Virus record (IMG/VR): IMGVR_UViG_3300017963_002532
Coordinates: 1-64,000 of that record
Length of the DNA: 64,000 bases
Source of the DNA: a virus
Taxonomy: Duplodnaviria > Heunggongvirae > Uroviricota > Caudoviricetes
Reading direction: 5' to 3' (one strand)
Within the stretch, counting starts at the first letter, position 1. Every line of letters begins with the position of its first letter. Both the position numbers and the translations under genes were made by a program. Positions 7,893 to 16,402 of the stretch are shown one piece after another. The notes beneath the pieces were generated by a model. It was not told the origin of the DNA and did no database searches. It was given only the letters and a program-made list of their open reading frames with translations.

Positions 7893-8327
7893 TTACTTGC
7901 CCATGAGTTGCTTACGCAACCGTTCACGCTCTGCTTTCTCGTCTTCTCGCGCCTCTTGCTTGCGGTTTTTCCACTGGTCCGCACGCTTCTGGCGAATGTG
8001 CTCGCGGTGCTGACGGATCTCTTCCGGCGTCATACCCACGTGATCCTGAAGGTTGCGTTCCATCGTGGTGTCCGGCTTCACCTTGATCTTGCGCTGCGTG
8101 CGCATGTTGAAGCCAACGATCATCACCAACACGATGAGCGCCGCAATGGCGACGTTGCTGATGACGATGTTCTGAAGGCTGCGCTTGCTCGTGCCCTTCA
8201 CGAAGGCGACGACATGCTTCTTGACACGCCAGTAGAGCAAAAGCCAACTAATCGCCGCAATGGCGACGACGCCCCACGTGAGCAGGTTGGACTGCTCCAA
8301 GTTGATGCCGATTGACGCGAAGTCCAT
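7893..8327 (-). CDS. membrane protein (144 aa; two TM helices, charged C-terminal helix), possible SPFH partner
   Basis: directly upstream of SPFH gene in same orientation. Confidence 0.55.
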   Translation of the reverse strand: MDFASIGINLEQSNLLTWGVVAIAAISWLLLYWRVKKHVVAFVKGTSKRSLQNIVISNVAIAALIVLVMIVGFNMRTQRKIKVKPDTTMERNLQDHVGMTPEEIRQHREHIRQKRADQWKNRKQEAREDEKAERERLRKQLMGK

Positions 8328-8336
8328 GTGATTCTC

Positions 8337-8714
8337 CTACTGTGTGACAAATGGATCGGCGGGTTCGTCCGCCGACGGTGTTCTGGTCTTGTCCGGCGGT
8401 GCTTTGAACATGGAGAAGATCTCTCCCTTGCCTCCGATAGCCGGATCGGTTACCCGTAGCTCACCCTCAAACTCGTTGAGCATGAACGGAGTCATATCCG
8501 GATCGGCACCGACCTCGGTGATCTTCGCACGCGCCACGTCGTCCGCATCGTGGAAGTCCGCATCGAAGACGTGAAGGTGGGCGCAGTTATTGTCATCGGA
8601 AAAGAACATGATCCAGCGACCCATGAGATTGCTCCTGTCGGTATCTTGCTTGTCTTGAGGCACCATGCCCCAATCATACATATCGTTTTCGAGTAGACTC
8701 ATTTCCGCCCTCAT
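8337..8714 (-). CDS. hypothetical acidic protein (125 aa)
   Basis: table ORF starts at TTG 8717; first ATG at 8712-8714. Confidence 0.55.
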   Translation of the reverse strand: MRAEMSLLENDMYDWGMVPQDKQDTDRSNLMGRWIMFFSDDNNCAHLHVFDADFHDADDVARAKITEVGADPDMTPFMLNEFEGELRVTDPAIGGKGEIFSMFKAPPDKTRTPSADEPADPFVTQ

Positions 8715-8850
8715 CAAACTTTACTAACACCGGCATGTAGGACACTTCGGTCTTACCCTGAGCCGGGTTGAAAAGCCCCATTAAGAATGAACACACTACC
8801 AGCGGATCGACCTTCTCTTTTGCTCGTAGTGTGAGAAACACAAACTTCAT
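8674..8850 (-). CDS. small hypothetical protein (58 aa)
   Basis: ATG overlaps TGA of upstream gene (TGATG). Confidence 0.4.
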   Translation of the reverse strand: MKFVFLTLRAKEKVDPLVVCSFLMGLFNPAQGKTEVSYMPVLVKFDEGGNESTRKRYV

Positions 8851-9137
8851 CAAAAGTCCTCGCCCGTATCTTCTTTGTAGCGCCGGGTGTAGTCGTCGAA
8901 TAGATTGCCGAGCATGATCTTGAAGATCTTCTTCGTCTTCTCTTCCTCGGGGATCTCCTCTTTGACTACGAGTTTCGCCTCTTCGAGCCGTCGCCGGGAC
9001 TCTTCCTGCCCCCACATGATAACCTTGTGGATCTCTTCCGGGGCGGCTTCGTCACCGAGCGCCAGGATTTGTGCCCGCACTTCCTGGGCAATATCCTTCG
9101 TGGCAATTGCGATCAATCGACCCCACAGATCAGCCAT
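8850..9137 (-). CDS. hypothetical acidic helical protein (95 aa)
   Basis: clean ORF in operon series. Confidence 0.55.
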   Translation of the reverse strand: MADLWGRLIAIATKDIAQEVRAQILALGDEAAPEEIHKVIMWGQEESRRRLEEAKLVVKEEIPEEEKTKKIFKIMLGNLFDDYTRRYKEDTGEDF

Positions 9138-9139
9138 CG

Positions 9140-9370
9140 TTATCCCATCTGCGCTATGAGCAGCGTGATTGCGGCACCGATGATGATGCCGATTGTGAAT
9201 CCCTTGCGCCAGCCCGTTCTTCGTGCGAATTGAACTGCATCTTGGATCATTAGGCGCTGCCTACGTTCCTCGACGGGTTCACCGTCGATCATGTAGCACG
9301 GTTCGCCGTCCACATTGACACCCTGGTCGCGTTCTTCCGTGGGCGGTGCGCTATCCAGATTAGCAGACAT
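9140..9370 (-). CDS. small membrane-anchored protein (76 aa, C-terminal TM)
   Basis: GFTIGIIIGAAITLLIAQMG tail. Confidence 0.5.
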   Translation of the reverse strand: MSANLDSAPPTEERDQGVNVDGEPCYMIDGEPVEERRQRLMIQDAVQFARRTGWRKGFTIGIIIGAAITLLIAQMG

Positions 9371-9725
9371 GGCACGTCAGATACCACTGAGGTTTTTCTT
9401 TGTCGAAGTCAATGCCGACACGCTCACACTCTTTGCGGAGCATATCGTCCCATCGTGGAATATCGACATTGTTCGGGTCAAACAACTTATTCACGGGGTG
9501 TGGGCAATTGTGCCACGTGTCTTCGTGTGATTCCTTCACGACGATGATCATGTTCGTGTGTTCACACTCGTCGTCGTCATCCCACGTGTAGGAGTCACCC
9601 CAACACATGACGGCAAAGCGATCTTTGTCGATGTTACGCTCTGCGATCTCTTCAAGCCACTCGGGCTCCAGAGACTTCGGAACCATCACGCCGTAGCCAA
9701 TATGTGCGTCGTAATCAATGCCCAT
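9360..9725 (-). CDS. hypothetical protein (121 aa, acidic, Cys/His-containing)
   Basis: clean ORF. Confidence 0.55.
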   Translation of the reverse strand: MGIDYDAHIGYGVMVPKSLEPEWLEEIAERNIDKDRFAVMCWGDSYTWDDDDECEHTNMIIVVKESHEDTWHNCPHPVNKLFDPNNVDIPRWDDMLRKECERVGIDFDKEKPQWYLTCHVC

Positions 9726-10117
9726 GAAACAAAACTCCGCTTGGCGTAGATACTAAAAAAGCGCCGAAGCTATTTTAACCCCGGCTCCGGCGACTTTAAC
9801 CTAATGACGGGTGACCGCTTGAAGATTAACGGACCAACTGCACGCGCAAACTTAAACTCCCCGCGAGCCAGGAGTGTCTCGACTCCAGCGAGGAATTAGG
9901 GTCCTCGCCACGCCCCTCTCCCATCCCTGCCTGAGAAGAAGGGGAGAGCCAGCCCCCTTAATCTACTTAAGACTAAGGGGGACAAGCACATAAATTATTA
10001 ATGGCAGGGTTTGCATTAGGCGGGACTCCACCGACCCACCTGCCGAGGAGGGTTTCCAAGTCCCCAAAACACTTTTAGTTCTCTTTCAATTCCTCAGACT
10101 GCCGCAGCAGCCTTCAC
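9726..10117 (-). ncRNA. about 390-nt untranslated leader or candidate structured ncRNA
   Basis: promoter motif at its 5' side and no ORF inside; internal inverted repeat ctctccc...gggagag; possible hairpin plus T6 near the gene start. Confidence 0.3.
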
Positions 10118-10130
10118 TATTATAACTCAC
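10118..10130 (-). promoter_or_regulatory. GAGTTATAATAGTG promoter-like motif (minus strand)
   Basis: plus text cactattataactcac. Confidence 0.5.
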
Positions 10131-10143
10131 GTCGAAGACGTTT

Positions 10144-10605
10144 TCACCCTTGTTTTTTAGGCTTTTCTGCGATCAGATCAGCAGACCCGAACTCCTCTAC
10201 CCCGCGACCGCCGTTGACAATCGCCACACAGATCTCTCCGTCGTCAACATAGAAGACGCGACGAATCCCGAAGAGTGCGATCAGAGCCATGCAGTATTTG
10301 CAGGGCTTTGACGTGGATGCGATCTCACCCGTGCGGTAGACCCTCGTAACGAAAAGATCACAGCCGCGCACATCCCCGCGCTCCCGAGTAGCGTCGATCA
10401 GTGCCGCCGCCTCAGCGTGAACGCCGGAATACCAAGGGTAGTGTTTCTGCATCGCTGGATGCGGGTCGTTTGAGTTGACTCCGCTACCGATGATTTTGTT
10501 GCGCTCCGCGATCACCGCGCCGATGTAGCTCTTTCGCTTATCAGCGATCGAGTTTCGGGCGAGATCAGCCGCCTCACGTAGTTGTTTCAGCCAGCGATTG
10601 ACCAT
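10144..10605 (-). CDS. CMP/dCMP-deaminase-family zinc enzyme (153 aa)
   Basis: HAE...PCxxC zinc-binding signature (HAEAAALIDA ... PCKYCMALIA). Confidence 0.65.
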   Translation of the reverse strand: MVNRWLKQLREAADLARNSIADKRKSYIGAVIAERNKIIGSGVNSNDPHPAMQKHYPWYSGVHAEAAALIDATRERGDVRGCDLFVTRVYRTGEIASTSKPCKYCMALIALFGIRRVFYVDDGEICVAIVNGGRGVEEFGSADLIAEKPKKQG

Positions 10606-10805
10606 TAGTTCCAGGGCTTCGTCCTGTGAATGGTGGCGACACGGACGCCGAACATGTAGACCAGCGTGTAACCAAACTTGACGCGATTCTCTCTCACGTC
10701 ATAGTAGTTCCAGCACCGATTCTCCATCGAGAACGGGGTGAACAGCCTCTTGATACTGAACACACCAAGTGCGGCGGGTCCAGTCTGCGGATACTCCTCA
10801 CTCAT
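10605..10805 (-). CDS. small hypothetical protein (66 aa)
   Basis: ORF with coupled start. Confidence 0.4.
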   Translation of the reverse strand: MSEEYPQTGPAALGVFSIKRLFTPFSMENRCWNYYDVRENRVKFGYTLVYMFGVRVATIHRTKPWN

Positions 10806-11277
10806 CCTTATTGTCCTTCTGCTTGTAGATGATCAGACCAGCCTTGCGCATCTTCTTGAAGAACGCTCCCGCCTGTCCGATAGGAATCTCCATCTCGTCT
10901 CGCAGGAGATTGATGAACGCCGAGCCGACGGCTTCGAGGTCGTCGGTGTCACTTGCCTTCTGTTCCTCAAGCTCGACCTTATCCCTCTTGAGACGATAGA
11001 TCTCTCCCTTGAGTTGTCTCTTCTCTTTCTTGAGTTCGGCAACGTCAAGGTGAACGTGATCGAGACCGCCGTAACTGTTTCCATACTGCGCGAGAGCCTC
11101 CTCCATGCGATCGAACATAGCCTGTAGTTCCTCGACCTTCGACCTCATGCTACTGAAGTCGCGGCTCTTAAAGCAATCGCGCAACTCTTGGAGAACGTCA
11201 CACGCCACTCGTCCCTGCAACGGAGGTAGCTTGTGGCTCACCTTCATACCGGCGGGTTCTCTTGCTTCGTCACTCAT
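10798..11277 (-). CDS. hypothetical coiled-coil protein (159 aa)
   Basis: clean ORF. Confidence 0.55.
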   Translation of the reverse strand: MSDEAREPAGMKVSHKLPPLQGRVACDVLQELRDCFKSRDFSSMRSKVEELQAMFDRMEEALAQYGNSYGGLDHVHLDVAELKKEKRQLKGEIYRLKRDKVELEEQKASDTDDLEAVGSAFINLLRDEMEIPIGQAGAFFKKMRKAGLIIYKQKDNKDE

Positions 11278-11479
11278 CTTTTGTTCTCTCCAAAACCTTG
11301 ATCGTGTCTTTGTGGCGCGTGATATACATTCGGCGATGCCACCCTAAGTCCATGACTTCGAGATCGAGCCAGTGTGGTCCGGCTTCTTTGATGCCGAGGA
11401 CTCTGACGCGGCGTTGGGTTCGCGTGTCGGGATCGAAGACCTGGATGACGTCTCCACTGTTAAGCGTAGCTGAGGTCAA
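11270..11479 (-). CDS. small hypothetical protein (69 aa)
   Basis: clean ORF. Confidence 0.45.
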   Translation of the reverse strand: MTSATLNSGDVIQVFDPDTRTQRRVRVLGIKEAGPHWLDLEVMDLGWHRRMYITRHKDTIKVLERTKDE

Positions 11480-11639
11480 GGTCTTCTTCCTTCATGAAAG
11501 CGATTTCGTCCAGTTGGGTTCGGATGCGATACCAAACCGTGTCTCCCTGGTCCGAAACCTTCTCCACCGTCCCGACGACCTGTTCTTCCTCATCGAAAAA
11601 TTCGACGGGATCACCGACCTGAAACTTGGGGTCACTCAT
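11460..11639 (-). CDS. small hypothetical protein (59 aa)
   Basis: internal ATG at 11637-11639 preferred (AAGGAAGAGAG RBS) over table start 11672. Confidence 0.45.
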   Translation of the reverse strand: MSDPKFQVGDPVEFFDEEEQVVGTVEKVSDQGDTVWYRIRTQLDEIAFMKEEDLDLSYA

Positions 11640-11841
11640 CTCTCTTCCTTGGGGGAGTTTTGCCGTAGCCATCCTTATACCAGCCGCCGCCTTTGAGGAT
11701 AAAACCAGTGCCGCCGCTGATCAACCTCCGGAGTTTCATTTTACCGCACTCGGGACATTTCTTCAGCGGTCCGGCTGTCATCTCTTGTTGTGTCTCAAAC
11801 CTGTGTTCACAGGCATCGCACACGTAGTCGTACGTGGGCAT
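11632..11841 (-). CDS. FmdB-family zinc-ribbon protein (69 aa)
   Basis: MPTYDYVCDACEHRFE...CPECG signature. Confidence 0.6.
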   Translation of the reverse strand: MPTYDYVCDACEHRFETQQEMTAGPLKKCPECGKMKLRRLISGGTGFILKGGGWYKDGYGKTPPRKRDE

Positions 11842-12021
11842 TTACTTCACCAGCGGAGTGACGCCATCGACGAGACCCGCGACGTAGTTACCAACGTTCT
11901 TGACCAGAGCCATGACGTAGTTCATCATCGCCTGGAGAAGATCGATGGTTTCGTTCGGCGCGAACGCCATGCTGAGTCCTGCGATGAGGACGAATAGGAG
12001 GATACGTAGAACCGTCTTCAT
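11842..12021 (-). CDS. small secreted/membrane protein (59 aa)
   Basis: MKTVLRILLFVLIAGLSMAFA N-terminus; ATGA overlap with upstream gene. Confidence 0.45.
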   Translation of the reverse strand: MKTVLRILLFVLIAGLSMAFAPNETIDLLQAMMNYVMALVKNVGNYVAGLVDGVTPLVK

Positions 12022-12227
12022 GATCCGAAGCCTTCCCTCATGATTTTCTGGATAACCTCTTCCATTACGTCGTCTTCGAGATTGAAGAGGTCGGGTCCCC
12101 ACCCCGTCTTATCCGGCAGGGTGCTCTTGATATTCTCCATCAACTGCCCCAACCGGAGGTCCGGATAGGTCGTCCAGAGGGCTTTGAGTTGGTTGAGAAT
12201 GGGGTCGATTCGCTTGGGGTCACGCAT
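12018..12227 (-). CDS. small hypothetical protein (69 aa)
   Basis: ATG 12225-12227 with AAGGATCG RBS. Confidence 0.45.
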   Translation of the reverse strand: MRDPKRIDPILNQLKALWTTYPDLRLGQLMENIKSTLPDKTGWGPDLFNLEDDVMEEVIQKIMREGFGS

Positions 12228-12621
12228 TTTCGATCCTTGCGGTAGCACCAGCACCAAGAAGTTCGGCGTGCAATCTCTCGGCGGCATTCACAGCGAAGTC
12301 GCCCGGGATGTTAATCGGATAGGGTCCGCCGCGATCTGTGATGTGCCCGGTGCAATTACGCCTCGGAGGCTGACACTGATCCACAATATCTTTCGATTCC
12401 TTGAGACCGAGACCAGTGTGGGCGCGAATCACCTTGATGACACCGATGATGTGGGTGCCGACGCTGGTGAGAACGACGCGGGTTCTGCGCTGCAAGCACT
12501 CCGCCCGGATCTCGGCAATTGCCCGCTCGAACACCGCGCCGGAATGACCCTGGCGATGATTGGTGCGCTCAGCGTGATTCAGAATCTCGTCAAGGATGAA
12601 TTGTGCAACGTCCGAAAGCAT
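12220..12621 (-). CDS. protein with ribosomal L7/L12 C-terminal-domain-like region (133 aa)
   Basis: IGVIKVIRAHTGLGLKESKDIVD matches L7/L12 CTD ([23 protein letters not shown]); tail AERLHAELLGAGA resembles the L12 C-terminus; N-terminal 55 aa unrelated to the L12 N-terminal domain; start ATG 12619-12621 with GAGGTTAGAGGA RBS. Confidence 0.55.
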   Translation of the reverse strand: MLSDVAQFILDEILNHAERTNHRQGHSGAVFERAIAEIRAECLQRRTRVVLTSVGTHIIGVIKVIRAHTGLGLKESKDIVDQCQPPRRNCTGHITDRGGPYPINIPGDFAVNAAERLHAELLGAGATARIENA

Positions 12622-12900
12622 TCCTCTAACCTCTCGTAAGAGAAAAAGAAAACCCCACTCCCCTAGAAGCAGTCCGTTGGAGCCACGACGCCAATGCTTA
12701 CACGTCGCCGCCAACCAACTGTCACCACTTCCGACCCCGTAGCCCCAGGTCAACAGAGAGGCTGTCTGCCGGGGAGTGAGGACTCTCGAAGCAGACTACT
12801 GAGAAGATCCCGGATCTGCGCCAGCCCCGACTCAAGTTCTTAGCTAGTTTTGTCGGATACCCCACTACCGGTCAACTCGCTGCTACGAGTGTTTTGTTTC

Positions 12901-13020
12901 TGGTCGCCCGCCGTGGACTCGAACCACTTACCAGGAGCGAGGAGATCAACCCTCGGTCATAGCATCATAGCCGTCCAGTTTTAATGACTCTTAAGCGTCA
13001 TCTTCCTGGGGAAACGGGCG
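12901..13020 (-). tRNA. 120-nt tRNA-like element with encoded 3' CCA, 7-bp acceptor stem and TpsiC-like arm but a long structured insert where D and anticodon arms should be
   Basis: plus tggtcgcccgccgtggactcgaaccac is the reverse complement of GUGG-UUCGAGU-CCAC-G-GCGGGCG-A-CCA; 5' strand CGCCCGU at 13014-13020; internal hairpins AUGAC/GUCAU, CGAGG/CCUCG, CCAGGA/UCCUGG. Confidence 0.35.
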
Positions 13021-13170
13021 TTATTTAACGGAAACCCGCTTGCTTATCTCCCACCACAGGAAACCGGCTGGTTAGTTCCGGTTGCGGGTCCCTGTTAAAG
13101 CCCTCCCCTATTTACAACCCGGAGGGCGAAGGTTGCGTGATTTTGGTCGCAGCGGCATTCACCGCTCTCT

Positions 13171-13182
13171 ATTATAACTCGC
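13171..13182 (-). promoter_or_regulatory. GAGTTATAATAG promoter-like motif (minus strand), about 150 nt upstream of the tRNA-like element
   Basis: plus text attataactcgc. Confidence 0.5.
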
Positions 13183-13223
13183 TCCGCGAGTAGTTGCTTC
13201 AAACTTTCTCGGAATTTTCCTTC

Positions 13224-14195
13224 CTACTCACCGTGGGTCTCTCGCGCCACGCCATTGTAGTGGCGGCAGACGTCCAGACAATTCGCACGGCAGATCGGAT
13301 CGGCAAAGGCGTCATGCTGTCTGATCCACGCCTCGCGTTCACTTCGCATGTTCGGACCGATTTCTCCAACCGGATCTCCACCTTCCCGTAGGTGGATGAT
13401 GCACGGGAAATGCCACTTACCGGCGATTGCCATATCGTCCAGCGCGAGCCAGCACTTCGGACAGTCGCCGTCCTGCATACCACGAACCCGCAGCGCATCG
13501 TTGTCGAGGTTGCGAATCCGGTAAGCCAGAATGGGATACTGGTTCACGATCTTCGGCGACAGGTCTTCCAGCACCTTCAGGGCGCGGTCATACTGCGCCG
13601 ACGGGATTACCCTTATATCATGCACGCCGAGCGAGTGAGCGAACTCAACCGCCTCGACAGCCTGTTCCACGTTCTGCTCATCGAACACCATGCCGACACT
13701 GACGTAGGAAAACATCGAGAGATACCGGATGTTGTCTACAACCTTTTCCCAGGCTCCCTTGACGCCGCCGCTCATGACGTCGCCAACGGCACAACACCCG
13801 CCGTCAAGGCTGATGGAGAAGTCATTGACACCGCGTTCGAGGAGATCGATATACTTACTCCGCGCCGCGCTGCCATTGGTTGACACTGCGATTCGCTGCA
13901 CTCCACCCAAACTGCACTTAAGCACAAGCTGAGGGAGATAGGGATACAGTGTCGGCTCTCCACCGCTGAAACGGACGTTCTGTAGACCCTCGGCAAGCCA
14001 GTGGTTGAGGACCTGATCCGCCCGAGCCAGCGGCATATCGCCCCGGCAATCCTCCCGGAGCCCGCGACAATACGGACACCGGAAGTTGCACCGGTCGGTG
14101 ACGATCAACTCGCATCGCATCAACGGGGACTCTACGCTTGCGTTATGAGCCCTGTCGTTGCTTAGCGTGTAGAAGCCGATATCTTCGAGTTTCAT
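13224..14195 (-). CDS. radical SAM protein (323 aa; MoaA/SPASM-like)
   Basis: CNFRCPYCRG (CxxxCxxC) and FSGGEPTL motifs; Cys-rich C-terminus. Confidence 0.75.
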   Translation of the reverse strand: MKLEDIGFYTLSNDRAHNASVESPLMRCELIVTDRCNFRCPYCRGLREDCRGDMPLARADQVLNHWLAEGLQNVRFSGGEPTLYPYLPQLVLKCSLGGVQRIAVSTNGSAARSKYIDLLERGVNDFSISLDGGCCAVGDVMSGGVKGAWEKVVDNIRYLSMFSYVSVGMVFDEQNVEQAVEAVEFAHSLGVHDIRVIPSAQYDRALKVLEDLSPKIVNQYPILAYRIRNLDNDALRVRGMQDGDCPKCWLALDDMAIAGKWHFPCIIHLREGGDPVGEIGPNMRSEREAWIRQHDAFADPICRANCLDVCRHYNGVARETHGE

Positions 14196-14362
14196 TGGTC
14201 TGGATTGACCTCTCTATCTAATGGATCACACGCATCCATGAGGTTTTGGAGCGCATTGTAGAAATCTCTTGACTCAACACCGTATTGTTCACGGCTTTCT
14301 TCCACGGCGGCGACGAGACGTGGGATTGGTGCCCACAACATATTGAGCCGATCGGCGTCCAT
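14192..14362 (-). CDS. small hypothetical protein (56 aa)
   Basis: TAATG overlap with upstream gene. Confidence 0.4.
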   Translation of the reverse strand: MDADRLNMLWAPIPRLVAAVEESREQYGVESRDFYNALQNLMDACDPLDREVNPDQ

Positions 14363-14697
14363 TAGTCGTAGACCTTGTTGATGCGCACCACGTTCGGATA
14401 CGTCGAGAACAACGGCATTCGCCAACCGTAGCCGGTGACGTTCACGCGCTTACCGACCAGCTTCTTGATCTTGAAGTAAACGTCGCTGGCGCTAAAATGG
14501 AAACGCAGATACGAATCCTCGACCTGATAGACGTTGCCGTTCGCGTCGGAGAACAGGTAGAGATTGCCGCTCTGTCCCCGGGTCGCCTCGATATCGGCGA
14601 TGGTGACGGTCTTGGTGAACTCGGTGCCGAAGTTGTAACCGGCACATGAACCAAAAAGAATCATGAAGCCGAAAAGAACGAGAAGTGCCTTCATCAC
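14362..14697 (-). CDS. secreted protein, probable lipoprotein (111 aa)
   Basis: MMKALLVLFGFMILFGSCAG signal and lipobox. Confidence 0.55.
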   Translation of the reverse strand: MMKALLVLFGFMILFGSCAGYNFGTEFTKTVTIADIEATRGQSGNLYLFSDANGNVYQVEDSYLRFHFSASDVYFKIKKLVGKRVNVTGYGWRMPLFSTYPNVVRINKVYD

Positions 14698-15149
14698 TGA
14701 CTCCTAATAACTTTCCCACGGCTGATTCTCCAGCCGTATGCATGGAACTTTCGATGACAATTAGAACACATTACAATACATTTTTTGATCTCCTCCATAA
14801 CCCGCTCCTGACTACACGTCGAAGAAGCAAGATGGGCGACCTTATGGGTGCGTCCACCCTTCTTGTCTGGATTAATGTGGTGGAAATCAAGACACGCCGG
14901 ATCAGACTCTCCACAAACCACACAAAGAAGCGATTCCTTCAACTTCGTGAACCACTTCTTTTTCTCTCGAACATTTAACCTGTGTTGCGCGAGAACTGCT
15001 CCTTTATTCGCCGCGTAGTAGCGACGACTACTTACGTTTTCACAAGTTCGGCACCATCCAGATATACCGTCCTTCCGGCTGCTTTTCTTATTAAACGCAG
15101 TGATCTTCTTACGTTGTTTACACCGCGTGCATTTACGAGTGTTTACCAT
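14694..15149 (-). CDS. HNH endonuclease (151 aa)
   Basis: CxxC...CxxC...LDFHHINPDKK...CSNCH signature; paralog of 43689..44240 and 51500..52066. Confidence 0.7.
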   Translation of the reverse strand: MVNTRKCTRCKQRKKITAFNKKSSRKDGISGWCRTCENVSSRRYYAANKGAVLAQHRLNVREKKKWFTKLKESLLCVVCGESDPACLDFHHINPDKKGGRTHKVAHLASSTCSQERVMEEIKKCIVMCSNCHRKFHAYGWRISRGKVIRSQ

Positions 15150-15672
15150 ACCTCTTCACGGCTCTAACGATCTCGTTTATATGCCAGGGGCGCAGATTAT
15201 TCGTGTCCATTCCAGCGTGAAAAAACATGACGTTATCTCGCACCCGAATCACGTCGCTACCCTCTCTCCCGTGGACGTGTCCATGAATCACCATCTCTAC
15301 CGGCTGCACCGGGCTTACGAATGGCTCATGGTTGAGATACACCAGACCGATGCCAGGAACCTCGATAATCGCATTCTTCACGGCGAAGACGCGGGGAAAC
15401 TCGTTCAGCGTCTTGATACCCTTGTCGTGGTTTCCCTTGATCCACAGCATAGAGCCGTAGTTCAGTCTCGCCAGCATACGCAGGTAGTGATCCACGTTTC
15501 TCAGGCAGAAGTCACCGAGCATGATAACGCGGTCGTCGGGACCGACCTTCTTGTTCCACCGACGGATGATCTCGTTGTCCATCTCGTCCGTGTCGAGGAA
15601 AGGACGGCTCTCATACTTGATGATGTTCTTATGACCAGCATGAACGTCGCTGGTGACGAACAGTTGACTCAT
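15133..15672 (-). CDS. calcineurin-like metallophosphoesterase (179 aa)
   Basis: SDVHAGH...GDF...GNHD...GHVHG motif series. Confidence 0.7.
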   Translation of the reverse strand: MSQLFVTSDVHAGHKNIIKYESRPFLDTDEMDNEIIRRWNKKVGPDDRVIMLGDFCLRNVDHYLRMLARLNYGSMLWIKGNHDKGIKTLNEFPRVFAVKNAIIEVPGIGLVYLNHEPFVSPVQPVEMVIHGHVHGREGSDVIRVRDNVMFFHAGMDTNNLRPWHINEIVRAVKRYGKHS

Positions 15673-16142
15673 TAGATTAACTCTATTGGATGTTGCCAGT
15701 TGTATTCAAAAGCCGGATCTAACTTGCCGAACTTTGGAATATAGAATCCCTCGTCTTTGCGCACAAGATTTCGACGGTGTGACAAATGAAGTTCATCGCT
15801 CCAGATTACCGTGCGAGGAGGGCGTGTGCAGTGTTTGATTACCGCATCGCGTCGCTCAATCCACACCGTGGCTTTGCGACACTGAGGGCGCGTCCAACGC
15901 TCTGCTTCACAGCGGTCGATATACTGGGCAAGTTCCGGAAGTAGAATATCGCCGGTTGGTAGTGTCCACAGCTTTGTTACTGGATGATTTGCCCATCCCC
16001 TCTTGCCGTCCTCTAAGACTCCCATACGACGCAAAAAGACATTACACAACTGCATACCTTCGATGACCTGCTTGTTAAGCCGCTTGAAATCGAGAGCACG
16101 GGCAGTCTCTTCATATGATCGATAGGGTAGAAACGTCTGCAT
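15672..16142 (-). CDS. hypothetical protein (156 aa), possibly pyrimidine-dimer glycosylase-like
   Basis: N-terminus MQTFLPYRSYEETARALDFKRLNKQ resembles that family as I recall it; assignment weak. Confidence 0.4.
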   Translation of the reverse strand: MQTFLPYRSYEETARALDFKRLNKQVIEGMQLCNVFLRRMGVLEDGKRGWANHPVTKLWTLPTGDILLPELAQYIDRCEAERWTRPQCRKATVWIERRDAVIKHCTRPPRTVIWSDELHLSHRRNLVRKDEGFYIPKFGKLDPAFEYNWQHPIELI

Positions 16143-16402
16143 TATTCCTCCCGGATCAACCCGAACTTATCTTCCCTCTTGTTCCAATCCTGGTAGAGTT
16201 GTCCCTTGGTTGCGTCTACTTCTACGTCGATCCACTCCGGTTTCTTTCCATCCAGCTTCTCGGTATCATACGAGATCTTGGCGTAGTCAAAGCCACCGTC
16301 AACCGCGATGGCTTCGCACGAACACCAGCGCATATCATGACGCGCCCGGGAGTAGACCGCATCCCCACATAGGGGGCAGCGCAGAGCCTTGATTTGGATC
16401 AT
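16142..16402 (-). CDS. zinc-ribbon protein (86 aa)
   Basis: CPLCGD...CSC motifs. Confidence 0.5.
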   Translation of the reverse strand: MIQIKALRCPLCGDAVYSRARHDMRWCSCEAIAVDGGFDYAKISYDTEKLDGKKPEWIDVEVDATKGQLYQDWNKREDKFGLIREE

